The position numbers and the translations under genes were made by a program. A model generated the notes under the pieces. That model saw nothing but the letters and a program-made list of their open reading frames with translations, did no database searches and was not told the origin of the DNA. Shown here in pieces: positions 55,835 to 64,000 of a stretch of DNA of 64,000 nucleotides. Within the stretch, counting starts at the first letter, position 1. Every line of letters begins with the position of its first letter. This DNA is from Candidatus Atelocyanobacterium thalassae (GTDB taxonomy: Bacteria > Cyanobacteriota > Cyanobacteriia > Cyanobacteriales > Microcystaceae), in NCBI GenBank assembly GCA_051971635.1, contig JBFPLN010000003.1, positions 256,001 to 320,000 on the forward strand, read 5' to 3'.

Positions 55835-56639
55835 ATCTAAAATTAATCTTTTGTAAACTACAGTTTTCTAAAGCTTATCTTAGTATATATGCAATTATTT
55901 TTATAATATGATCAGCTTATTGAAATAATTGTATATGATATTTACTGGAAATAAAAATTTTGATTACTATTAAATAATATTTATCTCTACTACTTAAAGA
56001 TACTAAAGGATTTTTATTTATATTAATCATTCTTATTCACATTATGATGGTGAATGTAAAATATTCTATTAATTAGACAAGATAAGACTTTTATTTCATA
56101 TTTATTTTTGCAGAATTAGTTAGTTTCAATAACTAGTTGTTGAAACTAACTAATCCCAATTTCGTTTTGCAATACATGATAAAATTTTCGTTATATATAC
56201 TGTATTGTATAAAACAATTTAGGACATTATTGATAAGGACTATTCTTAGCTATTAAAAATTATTACAATTTGTTTTTAAATTCTATTAATATAGTTAAAA
56301 CATTTTTTTTTAGGAAAAAGATTACGCTCTTAAGTTAAAAACCATATCATATAGTTATTCCTAATTTAAAATATTTTCATTGTACTTAACTTAAGTTGTT
56401 TAACGGCCTAATTGCATTAAAAAATCATACTGAAATATTAGTGAAATTTTTATAGCAACCTTAGATATAGTTATTAAAATGATTAAGATAACTACTTTAA
56501 AGTATGCAAATATAGAGCCAATAAAATATTACTAGTATTAATATCGTTAAATTTACAATTTTTGTTAACCAATCTTACATCTTACTCTTAAATTTTTTAT
56601 TGGGAGGCAGTTGATATCTCATACTAATAACACATCATA

Positions 56640-58607
56640 ATGCCCAAAATCCGATTAAAATTCAATCAAAAGCTTATTTCATATTTCTTTGAGACAGCGC
56701 AACCTTATTTTTTCCCTATTAATAATAATCAAGCATGGGTGTTTTGCACACTGCTGATAACACTAATCGTTATGGTTATTAGTCTAACCTTTTTTATAAC
56801 AGTTGGAGCGACACTATTAGCTAATATAGTTTTTACTAATTTCTCTAATATTATTACTAATAGTTTTATTGATAAAATTGATAAAATTTTAGATTCAAAT
56901 ATTACTGGTTATGTGGCTATTGCTTTGTTGACCAGTAATTTAATTTTTTTATCACAGTTTTCTAAAATAGGTAAAAAATGGAAGCAATGGTTTTTATTAG
57001 GATCTCTTCTTTTTCTTTTATTAGTTGTTAATGGATTAAGGCTCATAATGAGCTATGTATTTCGTTTTATAGATACTGCTTTAACAGAGAAAAATGCAGA
57101 TGTATTCTGGCAATTTATGATAGTTTATGGTTTAGTACTGGTTTCTGCTGTACCGATTATCATTATTTATCGTTACACCAGAAAGAAGCTAGGATTGATG
57201 TGGAGGAAATGGCTTACAAGACATTTCTTAAGTCGTTATTTTAGTTATCGTGTCTATTATAAATTAAATTCAGAGTATCTTAAAAAAGAAGTTGATAACC
57301 CTGATCAGAGAATAACACAAGATATAAAATCTTTTACGATCGTTACTCTTGATTTCTTACTCGACTTCTTTAATTCAATTTTAACTTTAGTATCTTTTTC
57401 TTACATCTTATATACCATATCCGATAGATTAACATATGGGTTATTAATTTATGCAATATTTGGCACTACAGTAGTTCTAGTTGCAGGAAATCGTCTAATT
57501 AAAATCAATTATTCTCAATTGCGCTTAGAAGCAAATTTTCGTTATAGTATTTTAAGAATTAGAGACTATGCTGAGTCAATTGCTTTCTATAGAGGGGAGT
57601 TTTTAGAGAACAAACAAGTTACTAAAAAGTTAAAAAAAGTTGTTAAAAATTTTAACCTATTAATTGTTTGGCAATCTATTATTAATCTTTTTCAATTAGG
57701 ATATAATTACTTTACTCGATTAATACCATATATTATGATTGCTCCTTTGTATCTAAAAGGAGAATTAGACTTCGGCTCTATTGCCCAGGCAACTGTTGCA
57801 TTTAGTCAAGTATTAGAAGCTCTTTCTTTAATAACGAACCGAATCCCAGAAATTACGAGGTTTGCTGCTAGTATTAATCGTCTAGGAGAGTTCTATGAGT
57901 CAATGAATCCGGACTTATTACGTCAAGAAGAGTTGGATAGTAACTTAATTCATATTGAAAAATTTCCTTTCATTGTTTTGCAAAATGTTTCTTTATATCC
58001 TCCTAACTCCCAGAGAAAATTAGTTAAAAATATTACAATTCGTATTGATAAAAGCAATAATTTATTAATCATGGGAACTAGCGGGACTGGTAAAAGTTCT
58101 TTGCTTAGAGCTATAGCTGGCCTTTGGACTTCAGGAGATGGAACAATTTTTCGTCCTAGTCCGAAAGAGATATTATTCTTACCTCAACATCCATACATGA
58201 TATCAGGAAGCCTAAAAGAACAACTTTTATATCCTGATACAGGAAAATACATTACACAAAATCAATTAGATGAAATATTAGTAGCTGTTGATTTACAAAA
58301 TTTGAGAAGTCGGTTTCAAGATTTTGATATAAAAGAAAACTGGAGTAGTGTATTATCCTTGGGGGAACAGCAACGTATAGCATTTGCTCGGATCCTAATT
58401 ACTAAACCCCGTTATGTTATCTTAGATGAAGCTACTAGTGCTCTAGATGAAGAAAATGAAGAGTCTCTTTATCGTAGTCTATCTACTTCAGAGACTAGTT
58501 ATATTAGTGTAGGTCATAGACCAACTTTAACTAAATATCATCAACAAATATTAACTATAATGGATGAAGGAACTTGGGAACTGGAAAATCACAAAGTTGA
58601 TAATTAG
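56640..58607 (+). CDS. fused permease/ATPase ABC transporter, YddA/BclA/Rv1819c (ABCD-like) family
   Basis: DNPDQRI, EANFR...AESIAFYRGE (EAA motif), GTSGTGKSS, FLPQ.PY, LSLGEQQR, DEATSALD, SVGHR. Confidence 0.92.
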   Translation: MPKIRLKFNQKLISYFFETAQPYFFPINNNQAWVFCTLLITLIVMVISLTFFITVGATLLANIVFTNFSNIITNSFIDKIDKILDSNITGYVAIALLTSNLIFLSQFSKIGKKWKQWFLLGSLLFLLLVVNGLRLIMSYVFRFIDTALTEKNADVFWQFMIVYGLVLVSAVPIIIIYRYTRKKLGLMWRKWLTRHFLSRYFSYRVYYKLNSEYLKKEVDNPDQRITQDIKSFTIVTLDFLLDFFNSILTLVSFSYILYTISDRLTYGLLIYAIFGTTVVLVAGNRLIKINYSQLRLEANFRYSILRIRDYAESIAFYRGEFLENKQVTKKLKKVVKNFNLLIVWQSIINLFQLGYNYFTRLIPYIMIAPLYLKGELDFGSIAQATVAFSQVLEALSLITNRIPEITRFAASINRLGEFYESMNPDLLRQEELDSNLIHIEKFPFIVLQNVSLYPPNSQRKLVKNITIRIDKSNNLLIMGTSGTGKSSLLRAIAGLWTSGDGTIFRPSPKEILFLPQHPYMISGSLKEQLLYPDTGKYITQNQLDEILVAVDLQNLRSRFQDFDIKENWSSVLSLGEQQRIAFARILITKPRYVILDEATSALDEENEESLYRSLSTSETSYISVGHRPTLTKYHQQILTIMDEGTWELENHKVDN

Positions 58608-58972
58608 TCATGGTTACAATAAATTGTTCCATGCTAAATTTTTAACTCTTTTATTATTTAAAATTAAAGAACTACTATTTGATAATTGTTAAATATTACA
58701 ACGTTTTTTATGCATTATATATTTATCAAAAATTCTTATGAAGTAAGTAAACTGTTAGGCAAAGTATTAGGATCTGTTTAAATAAGTTAGTAAAGTATTG
58801 TTTTTTCATCAGAAATAATTACTAAAGATGTGTTTAATACTTGTTAATTTAATATTTATGTAGATAAATAAGGTTTAAATTTCCCTTCTACCCGAAAAAT
58901 TAGTACAATAAATATATAAGGTTCTTAGAATCTTTTTCTATTCTTAAACATTACAGTCAAAACCATTAATCT

Positions 58973-59158
58973 ATGGAATCTAGTAGCTCATCAAAGAAGG
59001 GGACAGAGCCTTCTGCTCATAGGTGGACTCACATTATAGGGACGGTAATTGCTATAATAACGTTGATACTACCCGTTTTCGTAATTGCCTATTACTCTTC
59101 AAATAAAGTTGATCCTCCTTCGAGTCGACTTCATTACTTGAATGACTCTAGAGAATAG
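58973..59158 (+). CDS. small single-TM hypothetical protein
   Basis: 61 aa with Ser-rich N-terminus and one TM (IIGTVIAIITLILPVFVIAYYS); higher GC than its flanks. Confidence 0.7.
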   Translation: MESSSSSKKGTEPSAHRWTHIIGTVIAIITLILPVFVIAYYSSNKVDPPSSRLHYLNDSRE

Positions 59159-59746
59159 TACCTTTATTACTAGCCAAAGTTACGTTTCTACTTATCCCTA
59201 TCTAGTGAGGAAAGGTATTAAACTACGCGATTAGGAACATTATGTACTCTACCTATCAAAAGTATAATTAAGATTTATAGTTACTTTTTTAATATCTGAT
59301 TCTGCTAGAAAATAGAATTTAAGGATATTTTATGAAATCTATGATTAAAAGCAAGGGTAATATTCTCTTGACATCCTAAAAAATACTCCCAGTACTAGTT
59401 TACATAAAATAAATTAGTTACTTCTTTATATTCTATTTTAGGACTTATGAGTTAGATTCTACAAATTCAAACCATAAAAAATGCTCCTATCCTACAAAAA
59501 AAATAAAACTTTAAAGCAATTATTAATATATGTAAAATATTAAATGATGTGGATTGTAGATAATGCTCCCTAAGTTTAAAAAATAATTTTTAAACTTAAG
59601 AAGCATTATCATCTCACTATAACTAACTTGTTGATGGATCAAAGTATTTTGTTTTATACTCAAAAATTGAGGAGTAGTGAATTCCTACAGAAAATCTGAG
59701 GAATGAGAAAATTAAACAAGAAACGCTCAAAACATAATTAACATTC

Positions 59747-61282
59747 ATGTCAGATTTGCCAGCATCTATAGCTGTTTATTATCATCAACGAACAAAATAT
59801 GACCCTAGAACTATTGCCACGAGAAATAAAGGTTTAGACTGGTCAAAACAACCAATTCCTTTTAAAGAATATAAGATCGGTAAATCTTATGAGCTAACAG
59901 CTTATTCATCAGAGGAATCATCAATCACTCCTCATTTTTCATATTGGCAAAGGCTTTCCCGTTTGTGTGGCTGTAGTTATGGACTAACTGCGAAAGTACC
60001 TACTATTGGAAGTCCTATGTATCTAAGAGCAACCCCATCGGCTGGAGGATTGTATCCAGCTGAAGTTTATTTAGTTTCAAAAGGAACTTCATGGCTGCCA
60101 GCTGGATTATATAGCTATCAACCACAAAATCATTCCTTATTACATTTCTGGGATGACAATGTTTGGGATAATTTAGAGACAGCATGCCTATCTCATCAAG
60201 CTCTTAAAAGTGCGGAGATAGTAGTTGTTACAACTGCTATTTTTTACAGGTCTTCTTGGCGATATGAAGATCGTGCCTACCGAAGAATTTGCTTAGATAC
60301 AGGGCACTTACTAGGTAATATAGAATTAGCCTGCGCTATGACTAATTATCGTCCTCATTTGATTGGAGGCTTTGTAGACAATCTACTTAATAAGATTTTT
60401 TACTTTAATCCTAAAGAAGAAGGAGTAATTTCAGTTATTGCTTTATCTGACTTATCTAATAATAAAAATTTAGAAAATATAGGTCCAACAGCTTTACCAT
60501 CAGTTATACAAACTAATTATTCTGAGATTTCTGACGGAGAATTATTAGGTTATTTTCATCAAGCCACTGAGATACAAGAATCTGATATTCATGAAGTACA
60601 ACAGATAAAATATAAAGAAAGTATTGTAGAAGATAAATATAACTTTCCATTTTGTCTAAAAGTATCCACATTAACAACCCCTATTATATGGGGAAATAAT
60701 TTTAACCTTCTTGAGAAAACTATTTTTAAAAGACGATCTACTCGTGCCTATACAGGCGAAGAATTGACATTAGATGAACTAAAAGCATTACTACATTTTA
60801 CTTACCAGTCTCAGGATTATGTTCATCAAGGTTTTGATTCAAATCCTGATTATTTTGATATAAGTTTAATTGAAACCTTTATAGCAGTATCTGGAGTTCA
60901 AGGTTTAGAGTCTGGTTGTTATTATTATGCTCCAAAAGCTCAAGAACTTAGGCAAATTCGATTTAAAAATTTTCGTAGAGAGCTGCATTACTTATGCCTA
61001 GGACAGAATTTAGGAAGAGATGCAGGAGCGATTATTTTTCATACTACAGAATTAAAGAAAGCAGTAAAAAAATATGGTGATCGTGTTTATAGATATTTGC
61101 ATCTTGATGCAGGACATTTAGGACAAAAGTTGAATCTAGCAGCTATTCATCTTCAACTTGGGGTAAGTGGTATTGGCGGTTTTTTTGATGATCAAGTAAA
61201 CGAGGTTCTTGGTATTCCTGAGGATGAAGTTGTCATTTATATCACAACAATAGGAAGGCCAAGATATCAATCTATAAATTAA
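59747..61282 (+). CDS. SagB/ThcOx family FMN-dependent dehydrogenase (two nitroreductase domains)
   Basis: YHQRTKY, LRATPSAGGLYPAE, WRYEDRAYR, RRSTRAY, YGDRVYRYLHLDAGH, GIGGFFDD. Confidence 0.9.
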   Translation: MSDLPASIAVYYHQRTKYDPRTIATRNKGLDWSKQPIPFKEYKIGKSYELTAYSSEESSITPHFSYWQRLSRLCGCSYGLTAKVPTIGSPMYLRATPSAGGLYPAEVYLVSKGTSWLPAGLYSYQPQNHSLLHFWDDNVWDNLETACLSHQALKSAEIVVVTTAIFYRSSWRYEDRAYRRICLDTGHLLGNIELACAMTNYRPHLIGGFVDNLLNKIFYFNPKEEGVISVIALSDLSNNKNLENIGPTALPSVIQTNYSEISDGELLGYFHQATEIQESDIHEVQQIKYKESIVEDKYNFPFCLKVSTLTTPIIWGNNFNLLEKTIFKRRSTRAYTGEELTLDELKALLHFTYQSQDYVHQGFDSNPDYFDISLIETFIAVSGVQGLESGCYYYAPKAQELRQIRFKNFRRELHYLCLGQNLGRDAGAIIFHTTELKKAVKKYGDRVYRYLHLDAGHLGQKLNLAAIHLQLGVSGIGGFFDDQVNEVLGIPEDEVVIYITTIGRPRYQSIN

Positions 61283-61345
61283 ATCAATAATTATTCATTT
61301 AACAAATACTTTGATAAATTCATAAGTATTAGTTGCATAAAAATA

Positions 61346-62461
61346 TTATTTCTCTTTTAATAAAACAGCTGATGGTAATTCTCTTTTCGGCAAAGGAATC
61401 ATAGGAGATGGTAATGTTGGGCCAAATAATAAAGGGGTAGACAAAGGCAGCTCATAATCAGCAATAACTTCTCGGAGTTGGCTAACACGTAATAATAACT
61501 TAAATTTCTTTCCAAAATCTTGTTCAATTAGTTTTTCTACCAGCCGAACTTGTGTTGGAGTTATAGGGTTTTTAGTATTTTCTTGAACTGTTACTAGAAT
61601 AATGGGATGCTCATTACTCCAAGGAAACATGGGCCATTGAACTTTCAATGAAATTAATTCACTTTGTTGCCCAACAGTGACTGTTTTATTTTCAAGAAGA
61701 TTTTTAATCCTTCCTTCAAATTTCTCTTGCCAAAGTAGATTACCAAAACTCACAAATAATGGAAAAGTTATAATACTTGTTATAGCTACTAGTCCTCCTA
61801 AAGCTTGGCTAGTTTTGTTATAGCTAAAATAATAGCCTCCAAAAATAAATACAGTAATGCAAGCTAAAGTTATACCTAAAAGATTTGTAAAATATAGTAA
61901 GAACGCTCCACTTGCCAATAATACTGCTTTTTGGGATAAACAAATGCCAATAGCGCATAAGGGAGGCATTAAAGCTACAGAAATTGCAGTACCAACAACT
62001 GCATCGCCAAGCCTACGCCGAACTTTAGCAAAACCACTTATCATTCCTGCTGTTACTGCTACTCCTAAGTCTGCTAAGTTTGGCTGAGTTCTTCCTAAAA
62101 TTTCAGAACCAAAAGATGATTCAGGTAATCCAAAGATTCCTCCTACTAAACTTGAAACCAAAAGAGACACTATCGTACCGCTTAAAAGTGTTACTAAACT
62201 TACTTTAAGTAAAATCCCTTCGTTATCCAACACACCGAAAGCAAAACCTCTTAATGGGAGCATTAAAGGAGCAATAAGCATTGCACCGATAATAATAGTA
62301 GGACTATTAATTAATAATCCAAGAGTTGCTATAAAAGAAGCACTAATAGTTAAAATGACAAAATCTGTATTAAGTTGAGAATCTTTTATCAACTCTCGTA
62401 ATAGTTTTCTTCTTATATTTGGAGAAACTTTTGGAATTTTTTGTCTAAACCAGTTTTTCAT
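61346..62461 (-). CDS. DUF389 family membrane protein
   Basis: IATLGLL.NS...IIGAMLIAPLM.P, EILGRTQPNL.DL, GTAISVALMPPL. Confidence 0.9.
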   Translation of the reverse strand: MKNWFRQKIPKVSPNIRRKLLRELIKDSQLNTDFVILTISASFIATLGLLINSPTIIIGAMLIAPLMLPLRGFAFGVLDNEGILLKVSLVTLLSGTIVSLLVSSLVGGIFGLPESSFGSEILGRTQPNLADLGVAVTAGMISGFAKVRRRLGDAVVGTAISVALMPPLCAIGICLSQKAVLLASGAFLLYFTNLLGITLACITVFIFGGYYFSYNKTSQALGGLVAITSIITFPLFVSFGNLLWQEKFEGRIKNLLENKTVTVGQQSELISLKVQWPMFPWSNEHPIILVTVQENTKNPITPTQVRLVEKLIEQDFGKKFKLLLRVSQLREVIADYELPLSTPLLFGPTLPSPMIPLPKRELPSAVLLKEK

Positions 62462-62757
62462 AAAAAATCTATTAATTGCTATAAGTTATGATTAATAAAT
62501 CTTAGATATTATTTAATAATCGTATTTTCGAAAAATAAAGGGCCTTCTTGTCGATGATAAACTTCTTAAAATTATTCCAGGATAATATTTAAGAAATTTG
62601 AGATAAATATTTTAAACAGGTTAGAAATTTATCTTTTGACCAGTAAACACAGATAGTTAGATATTTTGGTTCGGTATTCTTTACTAGCTTTTTGCTTAAA
62701 TAATAAGCTATAAAAAAACAAGCTACACGCTAAATTTTTTTTAGTGAGATATAATTT

Positions 62758-63492
62758 ATGAGTAATACGAGTAATTTTCGCAAAGCAATTAATGAATCTC
62801 GACAAAACGCAATTATTGGTCCTAATGTTATAGCTAATGCTTTGCCTGTTGTTGGTAGTGGTTTGATCTTAACCGCACTAGGAACTTACGGCGGCTTAGG
62901 AATAATCAATTCTTATCCAGAAGTTTTTTATTCAACTTTTTTCATTGCCATTATCTTAGAGCTAGCTTTCTTTTTCATTATAAATAGAGTAATTGAAAGC
63001 AGTAATCAAAATACCGCTCTACCTTTATTATCTTTTTACAGCTTATTGTCTGGATATACGCTTAGTGGCATTGTTTATATTGCTTTAGGAACTCAAGGCG
63101 TAGGAATTCAAGGAATAGCAATCTCGGCCTTTGGTTGTGGACTTACTTTTATTATTGCACGTAGTATTGGAGGAAATTTATCAGACCAAGATGGAATAGC
63201 TTTGACAAAGACAGTCCGCTTAGGTCTAATAGCCTTATTGATAGCAATTATTGGACAATTTATATTTTCTATCTTTGGGTTTTATACACCATCATGGTTA
63301 GAAATAGTATTTTCTGGATTAGGAGTATTCTTATTTGCAGGAGCTGCAGTAGTTGATTTTTATATACTTCCTCGTAGTTATAATGACAAACAATATCTCG
63401 CTGCAGCACTTTCAATGTACCTCACTTATATTAACTTATTCATTTTTATCTTAAGGTTAATTATTTCGCTCAATGACAATGATAATAATTAA
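62758..63492 (+). CDS. Bax inhibitor-1/YccA family membrane protein
   Basis: About 7 TMs, C-terminal AALSMYLTYINLFIFILRL. Confidence 0.9.
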   Translation: MSNTSNFRKAINESRQNAIIGPNVIANALPVVGSGLILTALGTYGGLGIINSYPEVFYSTFFIAIILELAFFFIINRVIESSNQNTALPLLSFYSLLSGYTLSGIVYIALGTQGVGIQGIAISAFGCGLTFIIARSIGGNLSDQDGIALTKTVRLGLIALLIAIIGQFIFSIFGFYTPSWLEIVFSGLGVFLFAGAAVVDFYILPRSYNDKQYLAAALSMYLTYINLFIFILRLIISLNDNDNN

Positions 63493-63679
63493 AATATTTA
63501 TTTAGCGTCTAAAGCCTTTCTCTTTTACATTTATTTTGTTATAATGAACAAAGATTATAAATTAGTATTGATTCTAAGATTTTTATGAACCTTAAATTCA
63601 TTACATCTTGCAACTATACTATTTTTTAATTTTTGTTCAGTTCTTTTAAAGACATAAGCAAAATCAATTGACAAAAACT

Positions 63680-63841
63680 ATGAATACTAACACTGACAAG
63701 AAAGCTTTTGATGATCCCAAATTTGGCTTTACTGAATATGCAGAACGCCTAAATGGTCGAGCTGCTATGATTGGTATGATGAGCACTTTCATAATTGAGT
63801 ATATAAGTGGTCAAGGTATTTTACACTGGCTAGGCTTATAA
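63680..63841 (+). CDS. hliD: high-light-inducible protein, HliD-like (not in the ORF track)
   Basis: Manual translation MNTNTDKKAFDDPKFGFTEYAERLNGRAAMIGMMSTFIIEYISGQGILHWLGL*, with the chlorophyll-binding ExxNGRxAM motif. Confidence 0.92.
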   Translation: MNTNTDKKAFDDPKFGFTEYAERLNGRAAMIGMMSTFIIEYISGQGILHWLGL

Positions 63842-63851
63842 ATTAAACATA

Positions 63852-63914
63852 ATATTTTAAATACTAAATTTCTAAATACTTAGAATATATTTAGAAATTC
63901 AGTATTTAAAATAT
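63852..63914 (+). terminator. 27-bp inverted repeat (1 mismatch) after hliD
   Basis: ATATTTTAAATACTAAATTTCTAAATA-9 nt-TATTTAGAAATTCAGTATTTAAAATAT. Confidence 0.65.
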
Positions 63915-64000
63915 ACTTAGAGACTATTCATAAATTAAATATAGTATTTTATTGAGTATATATTTGCCACAGTTGAAATGGGTTGTAGCTATGTATTAGT

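Noticed and set aside
59170..59290. Slightly GC-richer patch after the small ORF, considered as a glutamine riboswitch/sRNA or a gene remnant (minus frame LLIGRVHNVPNRVV*YLSSLDRDK*)
   Set aside because: No riboswitch consensus could be matched and the peptide could not be assigned to a family; it needs Infernal or tBLASTn
971..62087. Short ORF-track entries overlapping real genes (971, 2027, 3693, 8617, 9448, 12283, 18293, 19487, 28896, 29317, 29360, 30300, 34150, 35135, 37577, 43958, 43995, 44374, 49210, 50514, 50689, 61857)
   Set aside because: Antisense or off-frame shadows of well-supported CDSs with no recognisable motifs
1..64000. CRISPR arrays, IS elements, prophage, rRNA, DnaA-box cluster
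   Set aside because: No repeat-spacer periodicity, transposase/integrase ORFs, rRNA-like tracts or clustered TTATCCACA boxes seen

Overview
AT-rich (roughly 30% GC by eye), gene-dense but eroded segment of a reduced cyanobacterial chromosome. It carries about 57 intact CDSs, mostly housekeeping genes of Crocosphaera/Cyanothece type, plus tRNA-Gln(UUG) and the RNase P RNA. It also holds one clear pseudogene (jag/khpB) and one probable gene ghost in the rpmH-rnpA-yidC operon. I saw no transposase, phage, CRISPR or rRNA. PSI (psaE), thylakoid (vipp1, hliD) and uptake-hydrogenase (hupW) genes, low GC and decayed spacers fit best with UCYN-A ('Ca. Atelocyanobacterium thalassa', the nitroplast lineage). 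That identification is inference, not a database result. The most notable points are: (1) intact ctpA, pcyA and an ORF-track-missed hliD, whose usual clients (PSII D1, phycobilisomes) are absent if this is UCYN-A; (2) a BclA/Rv1819c-type ABC transporter, a candidate host-peptide or B12 gateway, followed by a small ORF and a SagB-type dehydrogenase; (3) a jag pseudogene with four nonsense codons, no frameshift and a hairpin separating it from yidC; (4) a retained CGATCG-type C5 methylase alongside near-loss of HIP1; (5) many long, mutually unrelated AT-rich inverted repeats resembling plastid 3' stem-loops.
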